A stretch of DNA of 64,000 bases. Source: Dendrobates tinctorius. Its lineage: Eukaryota. Below, piece by piece: positions 61,033-64,000 of this stretch. The position numbers and the translations under genes were made by a program. The notes beneath the pieces are model-generated. The model was not told where the DNA came from and searched no databases. It was given only the letters and a program-made list of their open reading frames with translations. The stretch is from positions 19,530,001 to 19,594,000 of the forward strand of contig NW_027361684.1 in NCBI RefSeq assembly GCF_039654945.1, in the 5' to 3' direction. Position 1 is the stretch's first letter. Every line of letters begins with the position of its first letter.

Positions 61033-63950
61033 ATGAGGAAGTATGGTGGAAGAGGCTGCGGACGTGGGCGGGTGGGCACCGCTGGTACTTATGGTGGTGG
61101 TGCTGGTGGTGCATCGGCTGGTTCTGGCAAAAGCACAATAGCAGCTAAGGGAGGAGGTGTTGAGCCTGCGTCATCATCTGGCACAAGAAGGCCTTTAAGG
61201 TTCCCTTTTCTGGGAGTAGGTAAACCACTTTCAAAGCCGGAGCATCAGGAACAGGTATTGGCTTACATTGCCGAAACAGCCTCCAGCTCTCTCGCCTCCT
61301 CTTCTGAAGTTACAAAAACTGCAAGCACAGAGTCAGTGCAGGCTTCTGGTCAGGAACAACACCTTTCCTTATGTCCTTCACCCACACCAAAAGTAAAGGA
61401 TGCTGCAGCACACACTTCAGATTACTCCATGGAGCTCTTTTCACATACCATTCCTGGGTTATCAAGTCAAATCCTGAATTCCCCAGTTCAAGAAGAATCT
61501 GACATGGAGTGCACTGATGCACAGCCACTGCTAGATGATTCTGCTGGTACATTCACCCACAGCACTACATTGCCCTCGCAGTCTACTGAGCCCGAATCAG
61601 ACCCTGATGAAACTCAGGTGCCCCTTCCCGCATACTATACCACCTTACACAGTGACACAGAGGAAGGGACAGTGGAAGGTGCAGATGACATTGAAGACGA
61701 GGTCATGGATGACCCAGTTGTTGACCCGGATTGGCATCCATTGGGGAAGAGGGTGCTGGTGACAATAGATCAGAACAGGAGAAGGATCCGCAGCAGGCAT
61801 CATCATCGCAGCAGCGGTTATCCGGCAGGCCTGTAGCTGTCAAAAAACTTGTTAAGAAAACTAAAAGAGTTGCAGGACAGCTTTGCCAGACAGTCAATTT
61901 AGCACAGCATGCAAGCCCTGAAAATTTGTACCATAGTAGGAAGAGTGCAGTGTGGCACTTTTTTGAACAAAATCCTACTGATGACGCAAAGGTTAACTGT
62001 AAGAAGTGCCGAAGGACCTTTAGCAGAGGGAAAAAAATCTATGAAATTTGAATACCAGTTGCATGCTTAGACATTTAACCCACATGCACTTGCAAGCGTG
62101 GACGGACTACAAAACCTCAGGTAGCACATGTGCACCTGCTCCGACTGAATTTAGCCGGCAACGCTCCATCGCTTCCCCCACTGTAAGGCCACCGCTAAGC
62201 ACACCACCATCAAGAAATGTTGAGATGTCGTCGCTAGGCCAAAGCAGTCAGACAATCACAATATTTTCACGAGGAAACACTGAATCTAGGCCATCAACAC
62301 CCTCACCATCACCAACCCCTTCTCAGTCTGTCATGTCCAATGCTAGTTCCCCCATATGCAGCTCTCAAGTCCAGCTCACCCTACCAGACACTCTGAATAG
62401 GACAAGAAAGTGCTCATCCTCTCATCCGCGTACACTGGCTTTGAACGCCTACATTGCCAAACTGATCTCATTAGAGATGATGCCCTTCCGTTTGGTAGAA
62501 AGCGAAGCTTTCCGAGAGCTAATGGCCTACGCTGTCCCACACTATGACCTACCCAGTCGGCACTTCTTTTCTCGAAAAGTTATCCCTGCCCTCCACCGGC
62601 ATGTGAAAGACCGCATTGTCCATGCACTAAAACAATCAGTGAGTGGAAAGGTGCACCTCAAAACAGATGCATGGGCCAGTAGGCATGGCCAGGGCCGTTA
62701 CGTGTCCATCACCGCGCACTGGGTTAATGTGGTGGATGCAGGCTCCACAGGGGACAGCGGCGGTGGAACAGTGCTACCTAGCCCACAGTATAGGAAACAG
62801 TTGGCTGTAGGCGTTCGACCCTCCTCCTCCAGAAGCGAAAGCTCGTCGACAGAGTGCAGTCGCACGAGCACTTCATCCACATCTGTCAGTGTTGCACACG
62901 AGGTGTCCCACTATTGAACAGCTAGTCGTAAGCAGCAGCAGGCTGTTTTAAAAATGATGTCTTTTGGGCGACAGCAGACACACCGCGGAGGTACTGGCCG
63001 ACTACTTGTATCGACAAACTGAGTCATGGCTGGGCAGTCTACATCTTGAGCCAGGCAAGGAAGTCAGTGATAATGGGTGGAGTTTTGTGGCAGCCATAGC
63101 CCTTTCAAAACTCACACACATACCTTGCCTGGCTCACACCTTGAACCTGGTGGTGCAGTGCTTCCAAAATAATTATCCAGAGTTAACAGCCCTGCTCCAT
63201 AAGTTGCGAAGACTGTGCTCGCACATCCGTCACTCAACCGTCCACTCCAGTAGTATGCAGAAGCTGCAGCGATCACTTAACCTCCCCAAGCACTGCCTAA
63301 TCATAGACGTTGCTACAAAATGGAACTCCACCATGCACATGGTTGAGAGGCTATGTGAACAGAGGCAGGCTGTAATGCATTTGTGGGAGGATACACGGGC
63401 AGGCAGTTTGAGGGCAGACATGGAATTGTCGGGTGTGCAGTGGTCAAAGCTGAAAGACCTCTGTAAAGTTCTTCAGTGTTTTGAGGAATGCACACGGCTG
63501 GTAAGCGCAGATGACGCCAGCATGAGCATACCACTTATGCATCTACTCATGCAAACTTTGACGCACATTAAGGATCAGGCGTCTGCAGCTGAGGAGCAAC
63601 AGGAGGAGGAGGAGGAGGAGGGAAGCCTTGATGATAGTTAGCCATTGTCTGGTCAGGGAACTGGCGTGGACGAGGTGGAGGAAGAAGAGGAAGATGAGGA
63701 GGAGGATGAGGGGGATGATTATTTTGGGGAGGAGGATGCTTCTCAGGGGGCAAGAGAAAATGTGGGCATGGCAAGGTCAGGTACAGGGTTTGTGCGTGAC
63801 TGGAGGGATGTGGATTTGCCAGAAAGTGCTCCTCCACCCACCACTGGCAGTGCAGCATTGACACCTGGAACATTGGCCCACATGTGTGACTATGCCTTGC
63901 GGATCCTAAAAAGGGACCCCCGCATTGCCAAAATGATGAGGGATGACGAC
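61033..63950 (+). pseudogene. hAT transposase (ZBED1/ZBED4-like) pseudogene
   Basis: BED finger SAVWHFF...CKKC...LRHLTHMH; MMPFRLVE; TDAW; SDNG; CLAHTLNLVVQ; TKWNST; frameshifts near 61745, 62040 and 62960, stops at 62915 and 63639. Confidence 0.9.
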
Positions 63951-64000
63951 TAGAGTTGAGCGACTTTTGGTTTTTTAGGGTCGCGTTTCGTTTCGTGAAA
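63951..64000 (+). mobile_element. Start of a second hAT element nested in the transposase
   Basis: The same 13-bp terminus TAGAGTTGAGCGA as at 59707. Confidence 0.75.

Larger units (their letters stand above)
59707..63950 (+). mobile_element. hAT transposon (left end plus transposase), interrupted at 63951
   Basis: TAGAGTTGAGCGA terminus with subterminal CCGA/TCGG repeats, followed by a ZBED-type transposase. Confidence 0.85.

Overview
Vertebrate genomic DNA, most likely a frog (inferred from the repeat families). The one clear host gene is an MPO/EPX/LPO-family heme peroxidase on the + strand. It has ten in-frame GT-AG exons at 1532-16151, equivalent to MPO exons 3-12. Its 5' exons lie upstream of the window, and an extra 3' exon is likely. 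The rest is mostly transposons. Retroelements: CR1 and L2 LINE fragments, three Tf1/sushi-type Gypsy elements on the - strand (one full-length and young, with a chromodomain integrase and a self-priming signature), a tRNA-Ser-primed Gypsy on the + strand, a probable DIRS-like relic carrying a minisatellite, and Penelope-derived hairpins, one with paired minimal hammerhead ribozyme motifs. DNA transposons: a fold-back Tc1, a Helitron, many MITEs, a decayed hAT/ZBED transposase, and a Harbinger element with no recognisable transposase but a fully intact 7-exon MADF/BESS-type gene. All calls were made by eye; no searches were run.
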